From positions 32,798,001-32,862,000 of the forward strand of contig NC_088856.1 of NCBI RefSeq assembly GCF_963853765.1: a stretch of 64,000 nt of DNA. Direction: 5' to 3'. Below the pieces are notes generated by a model. It had not been told where the DNA came from and ran no database searches. It worked only from the letters and a program-made list of their open reading frames with translations. This stretch comes from Magallana gigas. Lineage: Eukaryota. Of this stretch, positions 1-12,600 are shown piece by piece. How positions within the stretch are numbered: position 1 is the first letter of the stretch; each line of letters opens with the position of its first letter. Made by a program: the position numbers and the translations under genes.

Positions 1-1022
1 TAGCTAATTTATTAAACTCTAATTTGTTTCAAGAATTTTTTTTAATGCATTTGAATTGAGTCTAATTGTAATCGCAATACATTAATTTGCGACTTTCTCA
101 AATGTTCTAGAGTGATTTTTAATCAATGAAAACAATATTTATGTGCATTATAAGTCTGCAGTTTGCTCAATGTTTTTTTTAAGGAAAACAAAGAAAATCG
201 CAAAAACAACAGGTTACAAAAACAAGGAGCTGTTAATTTGTTAATTCTATTTAATTGAATCTTTAAACAGTTTTCAAGTACACCCCGATTTCCGCCTGGT
301 CATTTAACCGTGTGGTTTTATTCTACAAATCCTGGTTATGGTCTCCGCGGCATACGTCATAGATGCTCTTACAGGTTTAAAACCATAAGGTCTGATAAAA
401 TAAAAGCTTTAAAAATTCCCTGGTATATGTTAGTTGACACATATAAACCTACAGGTATTAAATTCTACGTAACCAACCAACTTCATAAGAAGTCTAAACA
501 CCTGCTAAAAACGGAATAATTATATTAAATATTATAGGGGAGAGGGGGTCTATCAGGCCACATCGCAGTCTTGCTTCATACTCTCAAAACTTAGTTATCA
601 ACTTCAATAATCCCAAAAAATATAGGTTTTTTTAAAATCAAAATGGGTCTCTTACTTTTGATATGACAAATGAAATCCATCGTTTTATGGAAACTTGTAA
701 ACAATATTCCAATTTTTCGAAATATAACTGATTGTAGAGACTGTCGAGGACTGCTTTTTTTTAAAAAATATTTCCATATAGTGCGTCCAACGTACGTCTT
801 GGGATACGTCTGACTATTTCTCGAAACTCTTCTAAATTTAGGAACTACCACAACTCTGTCCAAAATTTAGGACATCACTTACCTTGTCCTAAGACAATCC
901 TAAGGTTGTTAAAATACATTTTTGTGGGGAAATTAGGACTGTTGTAAAGCTTGTTTTTGACCGGTAGAGTAAAGTAATCTCTTCTACGGTTACACATTTC
1001 CGACAAACCACTTATTCCTAAT

Positions 1023-1056
<34 letters not shown>

Positions 1057-2854
1057 GCCATTTATTCTATCATGTACGTTCGTTTAAAATCTTTATGTGG
1101 AGAGGTTTCCCCGAACCCCCCAATTCTCCACATGCCTGCCTGGGAGCTGGCAAATTAAGCATTCCCCAGAAAATACTCTCTCTGTTTGGCTGAAGAAAAT
1201 TATTAAATTATCTTTAATATATACAAAAATTTAGTTATATCCATTGTTTTGATTACATGTACTAGTTTTGGCCAAAAATTTATTCAAATGTCACTTCATT
1301 CTGAAAAAATAAACTTAATAAAATTCGTAATGTTGATTAAACTATTTATATATTTTGAGATATATTACAACTTATTTCTTATTAAACATGTACGTGTATT
1401 CTGTATATTGCATTTACACACGTAACGTTAAATCTATGAAAATCGCTGTTTATCTTATACTTCAATGACAAGGTTATCAAACGTTAATTTACACTCAAGG
1501 AATGCAGTGTGTTTTAAATAATTATTGACTTGTAAGCCAATTCTGTCCTGATACATATTTTCTTTACAAAAATAGCAGTTTTTTTTGGGATTTCTAGGGG
1601 TTTTGGGGTTTTTTTTATGTTTGGTCCTTTTTGTGGCTTTTTTCTTTTATTATACTTAATTAATTGTTTTTTATCACCAGTATATTTTTAAGTGCATATA
1701 AATGTATATATTTAGAAATGTATACATTAAAATTGCTGGTTTTAAGCGTATTCTGTAGGCCACCGACTCGTACAATTCCTCTGACAAAATATTGACAGAT
1801 TTATTCCTTCACAATCTTTTAAATTCGACCTATATGAATAACTGTGAAAAATAAAAATTCTCTTGGTAGGTTAGGATATTCTTAGTAACACACGTAGATC
1901 ACATTTTAGGAAAGTTTCGTGAATATGCCTGCTCGTCACGAACAAAAAATCAAGCGAAATAAATTAGAATATTTTTTAGTATCAACTATTCAAGTAAAAT
2001 AAATTTTTCAGTATGCGTTTGCATTTGTACTGTAAATCAATTAGAACAAGAGTATTTTAAAACGAGCTGCAGCTAGATTGATAAAGACGCATACTAATTA
2101 CTTACGTTTTATTGACATAATACCGAGTATTAAAATAATTTCCACTTTGTGTTTCAAATACCAGATTTAAACGAATGATCAGAATATTGCAGGTATTACC
2201 AACGTTTTGAAGCTCATAACCAATGGAGGTTTGTTAGTTTTATAACATGTATGTTTCATATTGTGTCCAAATTTTAAAACCTCAATTTAAAGTGCCAAAA
2301 TTTAGAAGACCCCCCCCCCCAGCATATTTCACTAAAAAGCGGCAGGACATCTTATTAGCTATTTTGAAAAAAAATTTCATTTGTCCAAACTTGCAATTGC
2401 TTTTTATATTTACAATTTCGTTATATTCGTTAAAAGTACAAAGAAAAGAAAACCTTCGTATTTATAAATATTAAAACCATTTAATAAGGAAAGAACCTGG
2501 GGGATTAAGTGGCCACAACCCTATCACTATAGTGTGTTTCAAATGACAATCACGCATATAGTATTGTATGTGTATTAACTTCAAATATTTTTATTCCCGT
2601 GCTTACATATCTCCAGAGAATTTATTATGTGCGTTTACATAGAATAAAGAATTCTTATCTTTAAGTCTAAAACTTGTAGCCCTCAACTAAGTAACATGTT
2701 TATTTTTACAAATAACACTAAAAACAAATGGTTTAACAGTTAACTAACAATATATAAAATGATTCAAAGTAACGCAATTTTTACTTTCTTTAAATAGAAT
2801 GAGTTTTTCGAATTTAAACACCCCCCCCCCAAAAAAAAAAACAATAAAAATATT

Positions 2855-2940
2855 TACACCACGATTCATTAGAATCGAACTCCTACTTCAACATTACTAA
2901 TGTTCAAAGAACTCCGCGCTAACCGCTACATCATGGAATC
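2855..2940 (-). mobile_element. tRNA-derived SINE head remnant
   Basis: Minus strand has an A-box-like GATGTAGCGGTTAGCGCG and a B-box GGAGTTCGATTC. No complete cloverleaf seen. Confidence 0.4.
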
Positions 2941-4578
2941 ACATGTTTGAATCCTTTGAAATAAACTCAATTTAGTATTGCGAAAAAATAATTCAGTCTT
3001 GGCCAATTGATGATCATTGATAATTGAAGGAATAAAATTTGCTTTTTACCCTAGAGTGGGTTTGGTACCATTTTTTTATTTGATTGAAAATTGAAAAAGA
3101 TAGACACTTACATGTTTTATCAGTATACGTTGTTAGAGAATGGTATGATGACCCACTCTATAAAAACTATAATCTGAACATCCGATTTCATTAACATTTT
3201 ATTGCTCAATTAGCATATACACATTTTGATATCTTAATATCAATTAAATTGGAAGTCAATTTTTGAAGGTTTTGGCAATACTGAATGCAAATGATTACAT
3301 AACCGAAACAAAAGTGATATTTATAAGAAAAAAATCAGAGGTTTTCAAATGGACTAAAGTGGTTTAGGCCTCGCCTTATTCCCCCACGTTCTTTTTTGTC
3401 AAAAACGTAAACAAATATTTTTTTAAAAATCAGGGAAATTGAACATTTTTGTAAATAAATGGAAAGAAGCTTGGTTAAATAAAAAGAAGATTCGCACTGA
3501 ACAAAACACATGGAAAACAAAATTAAAAAGCCCCCCCCCCCCTTGAATCCGTTATGCCTCAAAGTTTGGTTTAAAGATTTATATCACAGTCAGGTAAATA
3601 ATTGAGTATAACACGTGCTGGATAAATGGTCACATTTATTTTTGTTTCATTGGATAAGCTAATAAAAAACGCAATAAAAATCTTTGAAAATAAACTGATG
3701 ACTTTGAAAAACTCGGTGATAATTTTAATTCGTATTTATAATTTTATAAAATCGATATTTTATGCCGCAAATAACATTTCATCATTTCCAGACTATATGC
3801 GATTCAATAGATGAATTTAAAAAAAATGATGGATAAATCTTGAAAAAATGTCAATGACCTCAGATAAAAAGGAAGTCATAAAAAAGCTCAGAAGATTTCA
3901 ATAATGTTAGTCCTAGGCATGCAATGTAATTAAATAAGTATTAAAATAAAGAAAATGAAAAATACTACATCGCTCACCAGTCCAATTGATCTTATTCCTG
4001 TCAATAAAGCTCCGAGATGTTAAATTCTAAATGAATAAATAGTTTCATCTTTCATCTTTTAATCTGTAGATGTCCCTTTGTAGCCCTCTTTAACCCAAAT
4101 AGGTCATTTTTTTTTAAAACTTCAGCTCCTCTTTAAGAAGTTTCTTGCATGTTAATTTCACAAACCAATGGCCTCTATGTTATATTAAAGGAACTTTTAT
4201 CTTGACATCATTTTGAAACCGATTTGGCCACAGGCTGGTAATCTAATGGATTTATAAAATCCATGATAAACAATAAACTTTTATATAAACATGATAAATG
4301 TAAACGAGTACAGTTAAGACCTCCGATAAGATTTTGTCACGTTTTTTTACTTTGATTGACATTTTAAATTGCATTTACCGGTACTCACCCTTCAACTAAA
4401 TTTTTACTTCACGAACTTTGTTGAAACAGCAATATTTAGAAGGCTCATATCAAATTATATTTTTTTCACGACAGTATTTTTGTACACATAAGGGGTGATT
4501 CGAGACAACCGTATCACATTTCATAAAAACATTTCTTACTTTTTCAGATATGAGGATATTGAGCTCAGTGCAGTGCTA

Positions 4579-5625
4579 ATGGAAGAGGCTACAGTTTTGT
4601 TGTGTATTTGTACTCTACAGTTGCTCACGTGCATCCGTGCTGGTGAAAATGAGACTCGAGTGGGCAAAGACTTCTTACAGTTTGACCATTATAGCTCAAA
4701 TATAAGACAACAACAGATTGGAACAGAACACCTCGTTCAGATTTTTCCATCAAAGCAAGTGTATACAATAAAGATACTGCCGTCTGTTACCATCAAGAAC
4801 AATCTAAATAAGCGCATGTTTTTAGTGAACAAGCCAGATCTAACCAAAAAACAGGACCAAAAGCGAGAACCAAAGAAAAGTGAGTTTATCTATGGCACGG
4901 ACGATCGCATCGTGGTGGAGAGCTACAAGCTGGGACAATACCCATACTTCAATGTGGTCAAGCTGTCGTCTGGATGTACCGGTACTCTGTTAACCCCAAA
5001 CTACGTCATGACGGCGGCACATTGCGTTCATGACGGAGTGGAATTCCACAAGAACATGGAAATGCTTAAAATTCTGATTCCCCGTAAAATGGGATATAGA
5101 CTCCATTACGCCAGGGAGATTATAGTGCCCTACAACTGGCAAAAGTCCGAGGGTGTTTCGGATGCTAGTCGTGTGGCGTTCGATTATGCCATCATAAGAT
5201 TGGCCATTAGCGTGTTCGGGCGCCAAGACTTCTCTCCCTTACGTGCTATCAAGTCCAGCATTTATTCGGAAAAGCTCTGTTTCTTTGCGTTTCCTAACAA
5301 CGAAAATCTGATGTGGAAATCGGAGTGTAACGGCTGGAACAGCTTTCCTTGGTTTAACCAAAATGTTCTCCTGAGTAAATGTGATTCTGCTCGAGGAAAT
5401 TCGGGTGCAACGATTCTGGCCCAGGATGATCGTCATGGCAATACATACAAAATCATAGGAGTTCTTTCCAGTGTCATACCAGAGAAACACTACACGTCGT
5501 TCAGTCTACTGACTGCGGACAAGATCAGTGATATATGTACAATGATTTACCCCGAGGGACAGACCTACAACATATGCCCTCACCACGAGTCCCCGCTGAC
5601 GAGCCCGTGGTTATACAAAGGCTGA
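4579..5625 (+). CDS. Secreted trypsin-like (S1) serine protease, PRSS23/PRSS35-like, 348 aa, single coding exon
   Basis: The ORF-track GTG at 4495 lies upstream of a splice acceptor (ttttcag, AG 4546-47). ATG 4579 starts a signal peptide (MEEATVLLCICTLQLLTCIRA). Catalytic motifs: TAAHC (His), DYAIIRL (Asp), CDSARGNSGA (Ser). IYGTDDR precedes the protease domain. AATAAA at about 5696. Confidence 0.88.
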   Translation: MEEATVLLCICTLQLLTCIRAGENETRVGKDFLQFDHYSSNIRQQQIGTEHLVQIFPSKQVYTIKILPSVTIKNNLNKRMFLVNKPDLTKKQDQKREPKKSEFIYGTDDRIVVESYKLGQYPYFNVVKLSSGCTGTLLTPNYVMTAAHCVHDGVEFHKNMEMLKILIPRKMGYRLHYAREIIVPYNWQKSEGVSDASRVAFDYAIIRLAISVFGRQDFSPLRAIKSSIYSEKLCFFAFPNNENLMWKSECNGWNSFPWFNQNVLLSKCDSARGNSGATILAQDDRHGNTYKIIGVLSSVIPEKHYTSFSLLTADKISDICTMIYPEGQTYNICPHHESPLTSPWLYKG

Positions 5626-6643
5626 GACATGACTTTCTACTATACCCAGTCCTTTTATTTCACAGTTGACACAATCAAACATCACAATAATTATAAATAA
5701 AACTAACATATATCACCTACAAAAGACATATTTACATTGTTACACAGTACAAACATAAATCACAAAGACGTGTCTGTAAAGCATCAAAACAATCACAAAA
5801 TAAACTGAATCGCCATATGCCAGAATAACCGAAGATTTGGCAATGTACAATGTCCAATCACATGAATATAATGTAGATCATGTCTTCTTAACATTGACAT
5901 TTTGAATACAATAAATTTATATACATGTATGTTAATATATATGATACATGTATGTACCCGTAATTCTTTAGTACATAACATGTACACTATTACATGGGCG
6001 TCATTACAAAAAACTGTAAACGTCTGTACTGGTATAAAGCAGGAAAAAATCCAGCCTTTATGCATTCCTTACATCAATGCAAGTTCAATATATTGTATTC
6101 ATTTGCTGTTTGTTTTTTGCAAAATAAAACCAACCATATTTTTCATTAAAAATAATTTTCTTTTTTGTTTCTGAAAAAAATATCTTGATTTAGATTCTAC
6201 ATAACCTAAAAAAAATTTTATTTCTGAAAATCAATCCTTAACATGTTAGTGAGTTATGTCAATCAGAAAACCACAAGAGATTGTATAAAAAATAATGTGT
6301 GACTCAAAACAATAATACATGTACTTGGATACATTTCTTAATTTCTGAGCTCTCTCTCGAGCTCTCTCTCTCATAAATGAAAGCAGGACTACTGCTTACA
6401 TGTAGTTAAAATCAAGCACTTAAAAAAAAAATTCAATTCTATATCAATCAAAAGCTCAAAATCTGCTTCAGAAGCAAAATATGCTGGCTGCAGTAACAGA
6501 AACCCAATTACAGTGCAAAAATTAATTGCAGTAGAACAAAATTTGATTCAATGTTCATAAAATCGGGTTTATGCCATGACATTTGATTACAGAAATTTTT
6601 TCTCAAAAAGTCCTTATATTCAGAATTTCAATATCAGATGTCC

Positions 6644-9600
6644 TCAAATGTTGAGATAGACAGTTTGCTTCATGGCGCCGAGATAGGACACCTCATCCCC
6701 GCGTAGACTTAGCTTCTCCCCGGGCAACTTGGGACCTTTTTTCTCCTACAAGATGTCAAAACAATACTCTAATACTGCCTCAAGTATGGAAAGAGCGACA
6801 CATTTCATTTCATACCATAAATTTGACTTTACCTCCATCATGGCTGTTCTTTGAAAGCTGTACTCCCCACACTCACTGTAAAGGGAACCAGGAAGTGCCG
6901 TAAGTCATTGTAATTGAAGCTCAACAACATTTTTGTGTGTATTCTACACTTAAAATGGGCTTATTAATTTTCAATGAATGAAAAAGTGAGCACTCTCACA
7001 TACCCCACGCTCCCACATTACTTGACAATGCTACACATAATTAACGGCAAGGCATGCTTTATGTACCCGGTACATAAAATTCCATGCAGCAGTTTAAGAG
7101 GATTTGCACTTAAAAAACTGTTCATTTCTATTTCAATATATGGGCAAAATTTTAGGTTTTAAAAGGGCAAAAATTCCCAGGAAAATAAAGAAACCTAAAA
7201 TTTTTGGTAATATGCACATATACACATTGTTTCCTAGATTTAAGGTTTATGAGGACTTGCGCTAACAAAAAAGGAGGACTGACGGACAGATGGACTGACT
7301 GCAAGACAGACAGACAAACTGACTGACGGACTGGTCAAAACATTTTATCCCTCTCAACTGTTGCATGGGCTATAAATAATAACAATTTGATTTGAAATAA
7401 AGAGTAAAAGCCTGTTATATATCTAGATTTGTTATTTTATAAGGTCTAGTAATGTCTACATAATTAAAATCGCATCATAAAACAATTTATTAATATGGTG
7501 GGTGCACTAATGAAATAAAAATTTTCTGTGCTGATGAAATCAATACACTATTACTTAGTTAAAAACTAATGATGCAATACATGACAACAGTGTAGATATA
7601 ACATAGCTGCTGTTATTACTTATTAGGTTTGTTACTACAGAATTACTGTATACAGGGGTTATTTTCGCCTATGTTATTTTCATCCTTTTTCACTTGCACT
7701 CGGTTTCGCCCTGTCTTGAATTTGCCCAGACAAAATATTGTTTAAAGAGAGATACTTTGAGATGTTAGAATTTGCCCAGTCTTAAACTCCTGACAATTGA
7801 CAATGAGGGCGAAAGAGACAAAAACTAGACATCATTAAGATGGTGACTATCTCAAAGGGCCCTGCTTAATTAACAGAAAATGGGATAAAAGCAATTCACA
7901 GGATTTTACTTTTACCTATGACTCAGGTTGGCATAGAACTTTAAGCTCATTACTCTTACCAACAGGCTTTTTGGGGTTTAATATCAGTTAGAAATAATAA
8001 CAATAATATCAATAAGAAATAATTTGTGTTCTAAAACCAGATTTTAAAGAGATCTACAATGACCTTCACACTTGACGTTGAAACTTTGTATAAAAATGCT
8101 GCACACCCTTTACCCAAAAACTCTGTTTATGTGAAGTATGAGCCATAAATATGCTCCGAATTTTTTTTCATGGTGATATGAATTTGACCCTTAACTTAGA
8201 CACATAATTCAAGGTCACTGCACATCCTTTGACCAAAGGCACTCTGTTGGTAAAGTATGAGCCAAATTGGACCAAAGGGAAGTATGATAGCCGATTGGGC
8301 AACGGGGAGAGACTGAGAGGATACTCTAAGACTTACAAGGGTTCTGTGAGTATTTGGGGATAAAATCTTACTCTTTTAAAATATGGTTCTGTGGGATATA
8401 TGTGGATAGAGCCCAACAGTTTAGTCCGACACTTACCAGGGTTCTGTGGGGTATTTGTGGATAGAAATTTTCCTCTTCCCACAGTGTTTACACTTAAAAA
8501 AGCGCTTGGATGTCTCACTCTTGACTATGGTATGTCTTTCAGTTTTACACTTGTCTGCAAGCTTCATGGCTGTATAATTACACTGCCAAGACAAAATATA
8601 TGTAAAATGTTTAACTACACTGTCAAAATAAAATACATGGATTCTGTAGAGCTACACAGTGAAGACAAAACATACTGTATAGGTAAGCTCTCAAAATAAA
8701 ATGTGTTTTACTCTACTTATGTTGTAAGCTAAAAACTGTAGATAATATCCTCCCACATATGGTATAAGAAAAAACAAACTTAGATAAAACTTTGAGAGGC
8801 TAATCATGCATTCACGTATTTAAGAACACTGTACTTAACCAATGGCATAAATAACCATTTTACAGCAATGTTCTTTACACTGACATGTAGCTACATCCAC
8901 TATCAAGATAAAATAGAGTATACTGTTAAGGTCTGCAATTGTCTAATCATGATACACATGTATTTTCTACCATCTGTAAAATACATCAAAAATTAAACTT
9001 GAAGGTTTGACGACACATTCCTCGAGCATCTTTTTGTATCTCCTTGTAATCATAAAGAGTTGCAATAAAATTATTATTATTTATAGTCGTTTATAATGAT
9101 GAAAATTTTATTTATCCATGAAATTGCATACTCTAGTATTTTACAGAAATGTCTGGTAAGGTATTCTAATTTTTTGCAAAAAAGCTTCTCAAAGTAGTAG
9201 TAAGTCAATAACAAATTCCTGGAAAAAGTTATATAAAATTGAGGAACGTGTCGTCTGACCTTAATGCTGAATTTTATACAGAGGTTGTTGAGCTTTCCTT
9301 GAGTACTCACATTTTTACAGGTGAAGACAGTACACCTGACAGACATGGTTGACTGCATCTTGTCTTCGTACTTCTCTTTCTTCTCCAGCTCCATGAAGTA
9401 CCTCTCCTCCTGCTCCATCTCCACCTGACCAATCACAGACAACACAGAGATAAACAGACACACAGATAAACAGACACACAGAATAAATAGACACACAGAA
9501 TAAACAGACACACAGATAAACAGACACACAGAATAAACAGACACAAAGAATAAACAGACACACAGATAAACAGACACACAGATAAACAGACACACAGAAT

Positions 9601-12600
9601 AAACAGACACACAGATAAACAGACACACAGAATAAATAGACACACAGATAAACAGACACACAGATAAACAGACACACAGAATAAACAGACACACAGATAA
9701 ACAGACACACAGAATAAACAGACACACAGATAAACAGACACACAGAATAAATAGACACACAGATAAACAGACACACAGAATAAACAGACACACAGATAAA
9801 CAGACACACAGATAAACAGACACACAGAATAAACAGACACACAGATAAACAGACACACAGAATAAACAGACACACAGATAAACAGACACACAGATAAACA
9901 GACACACAGATAAACAGACACACAGAAGTTTGTACATCACCGGGCATTGTACTAACACCAAACAGGAACTGACCTGAGCTAGAGTCCCCGTGTGTTTTGA
10001 CCTGGATTTCATGAGATTCTTAAATTCCTCTGAATTCTCGTCAATGTTACCCAAAAGCTTGGAGCGTTTCACTGGAGGTTCTTCTAGTTTCTGTTTTTCA
10101 TCAACTGTATTTCCTGCCAAATCATTGACAACTTAAAAAAAATCCTAAATAATAGCTAACTCTAATTGTTGAATACAAATGTATGCTGAGTGTCTATGTT
10201 AATTAGACATATCTATCCATTATATAACAGGATGCATTGAAAAACCACTTATCATTTTAGAGATGATCAAGTGAGCAGGCTGCTGTTAATAAGACTATGT
10301 CAGATGGGAGTGAGCCCCATTTTGAAAAGGTCTAAGTATTTATGTTGAACAGGATCAAATATCCCTAAATACCTATGTTGATTTAAGATTGACTATGTTT
10401 GATAGGATGAAGTACCTATGTTGGATTAAACTGACTTACTATGTTGGATTGGACTAAATACTTAGTAGGATAACACCAACTTACTATGTTTGATAAGACT
10501 AAATACTTATGTTGGATAAGAGTGTCTTTACAATGTTGGATAAGAGTGTCTTTACTATGCTGGATAAGAATGTCTTTACTCTTTACTATGTTGGATAGGA
10601 CAAAGTACCTATGTTGGATAAGACCCTTTCCTGCATCTTCTGCTTACTCTCTGGAGAATCTCGCTTCCTTTTAAGTGCATTTGGGTCTTCCTTTTGTATT
10701 CCTCCACTCCTTTTAACCTTGGATATGGCCATCAACTGCCAAATATAAAATGAGTCAAACAAAGGGTTCTCACAAAAAATACCATATCAAGCCTACAAAT
10801 GAATATCTAGTGTAGTTTGATCTTTGAACTATGACCCAATAGGGGTCAACTACTCCTTTGGAATACCTGCATACAAAGTCTGATATCTGTTCTGCAAAGA
10901 ATTCTGAAGATACTGACCAGACAATGTTTAGCTTCTCAGGTGATTCCAGACTTGCTGGACCAATGTTCTTTGACCAAGTGACCTCAAAATCAATGAGGTC
11001 ATCTACTTCACAGGGTACCTGCATAGTTCTAAGTTAAAGGTCTGTCTAGAAAACCATTACTAAATATTGATATTGATAATAACCTCTTGGTCAGCTACCC
11101 AACACTCCCACAAATTATCAGGAGCAAACTATATGCTTCTTTTTTTTCTAAAATGGGGCGGGGCCATAAAAAACCTTTTCTGAAATCAGATAACCAGTAA
11201 ACATTCCTCTAAAACCTTGTTTCAGTGAAGTTTGCACTATTTCATCATTGATTCATTATAAAATAAAGACGTATTAAAGTTTATTATTCTGAACATCTAT
11301 TAAAGGGACTTGGACACAATTTGAGCTTAAAATTTCAAATTTTATTTCCATGTTTTATGTATAGAATGGTTAATATGGGAATTTTTAATGCCTTGTCAAA
11401 ATTTAGAAGTCAAATATTGAGTTACAAGCAAGGTACAGAGTTAAAAATTCTTTGTTCTGTAAACAAAGCTCCAGTCTTTTTATTGTTTACATGTGTTGTT
11501 GCTTCTTCTACATGTAATATAATTTAGGAACACATTGATTGAAACAGTTTATCTTCTTTGCCCCATGTCATTTTGTCAGAGATGGTAATTCCTTACTTTA
11601 CATTATTTGTAAACAACTATAAGAATTGAGCTCTGTTTACATACCACTGTATCTCTCTCATAACTTGACTTGTAACATTCAAATTGTAGTCATTCATTTG
11701 AACTGTAGTCATTCATTTGAATTGTAGTCATTCATTCAAATTGTAGTCATTTATTTGAATTGCACAAGAAAACTATTTAATACATAAAAAATAAAATTTT
11801 TATCTCAAATTGTGTCTAGGTCCCTTTAAAATTAACCCCAAACTTAAGCATTCAAATGTTCAATACAACAGCTGACGAGTTTCTGTCTATCAAATGACAA
11901 AATTGAGCAAATCAGAAAAAGTGGCTTCCAATTGATAGCATTATCTTCCCTTCCTTCCTCTTGGTCCATCATCTCTAGCCTGAGGTCAGAGGGATGGGGA
12001 AGGCCTGAGGGCTTGATTAGGTTAATCATAGTTACAGAGATCTGCTGATAAGAAATCAATACACAACACTCCAGGTCTGCAAGCGCTCCATTCATAAAAA
12101 CTCCAGACCAGCAGTATCTATCAAAAAACATCACTTCCTCCATCACAGTCAAATGCTTCTTTAATCCTCTTTGTTGGAATGAAAGATGACAGATAGGTTT
12201 GGGGTCAGCAAGCCTAGCGGTAAATCAGTCATGCCACCAGATAATCTCAAAATATACATTGACAATAAACAGGGCTTCAGCAGGGTAAGTTTATGATGTA
12301 CAAATCAAATAGGAAGTCACTCCAATATCAGACCCTCCACTCAAAATTTTCCAACAAAAAATGGACAATTTATGGAAATTTGTTTCCTGTGCTATTTCAG
12401 CTACATTTTGTTCCTGACTTTTACAAATGATATTCACAATGATTCATGGAAATATTGTTTGAGGCAATGTCACTTCAGCTGACATCTTCACTAATCTTGC
12501 CATTTACAACCTTGTTTCTGGAGGTGTTGGAAGGCTGTCACTGAAAATGTATATTCAAGGACAGGACAACATCCAAGAATAATGCGCAGTAACCTCTGGA

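Noticed and set aside
1024-1053. 30-nt poly-G run as a G-quadruplex element
   Set aside because: Homopolymer runs recur across the window and their length is unreliable in assemblies; no context suggests function.
2855-2940. Functional tRNA gene
   Set aside because: A/B boxes are present, but I could not build acceptor and anticodon stems; treated as a SINE remnant.
4495-4578. N-terminal extension of the protease from GTG 4495
   Set aside because: It crosses a clear polypyrimidine/AG acceptor, and the signal peptide starts at ATG 4579.
4579-5625. Horizontal transfer of a bacterial V8-like endopeptidase
   Set aside because: An intronless CDS and GxSG-type motif are also typical of animal PRSS23/35. 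The upstream acceptor shows a spliced gene. A phylogeny would be needed to claim transfer.
9077-10120. 347-aa, 210-aa and 162-aa C/V/L-rich ORFs
   Set aside because: They run through a minisatellite. Only the two embedded MCM10 exons (9974-10113, 9311-9424) are real.
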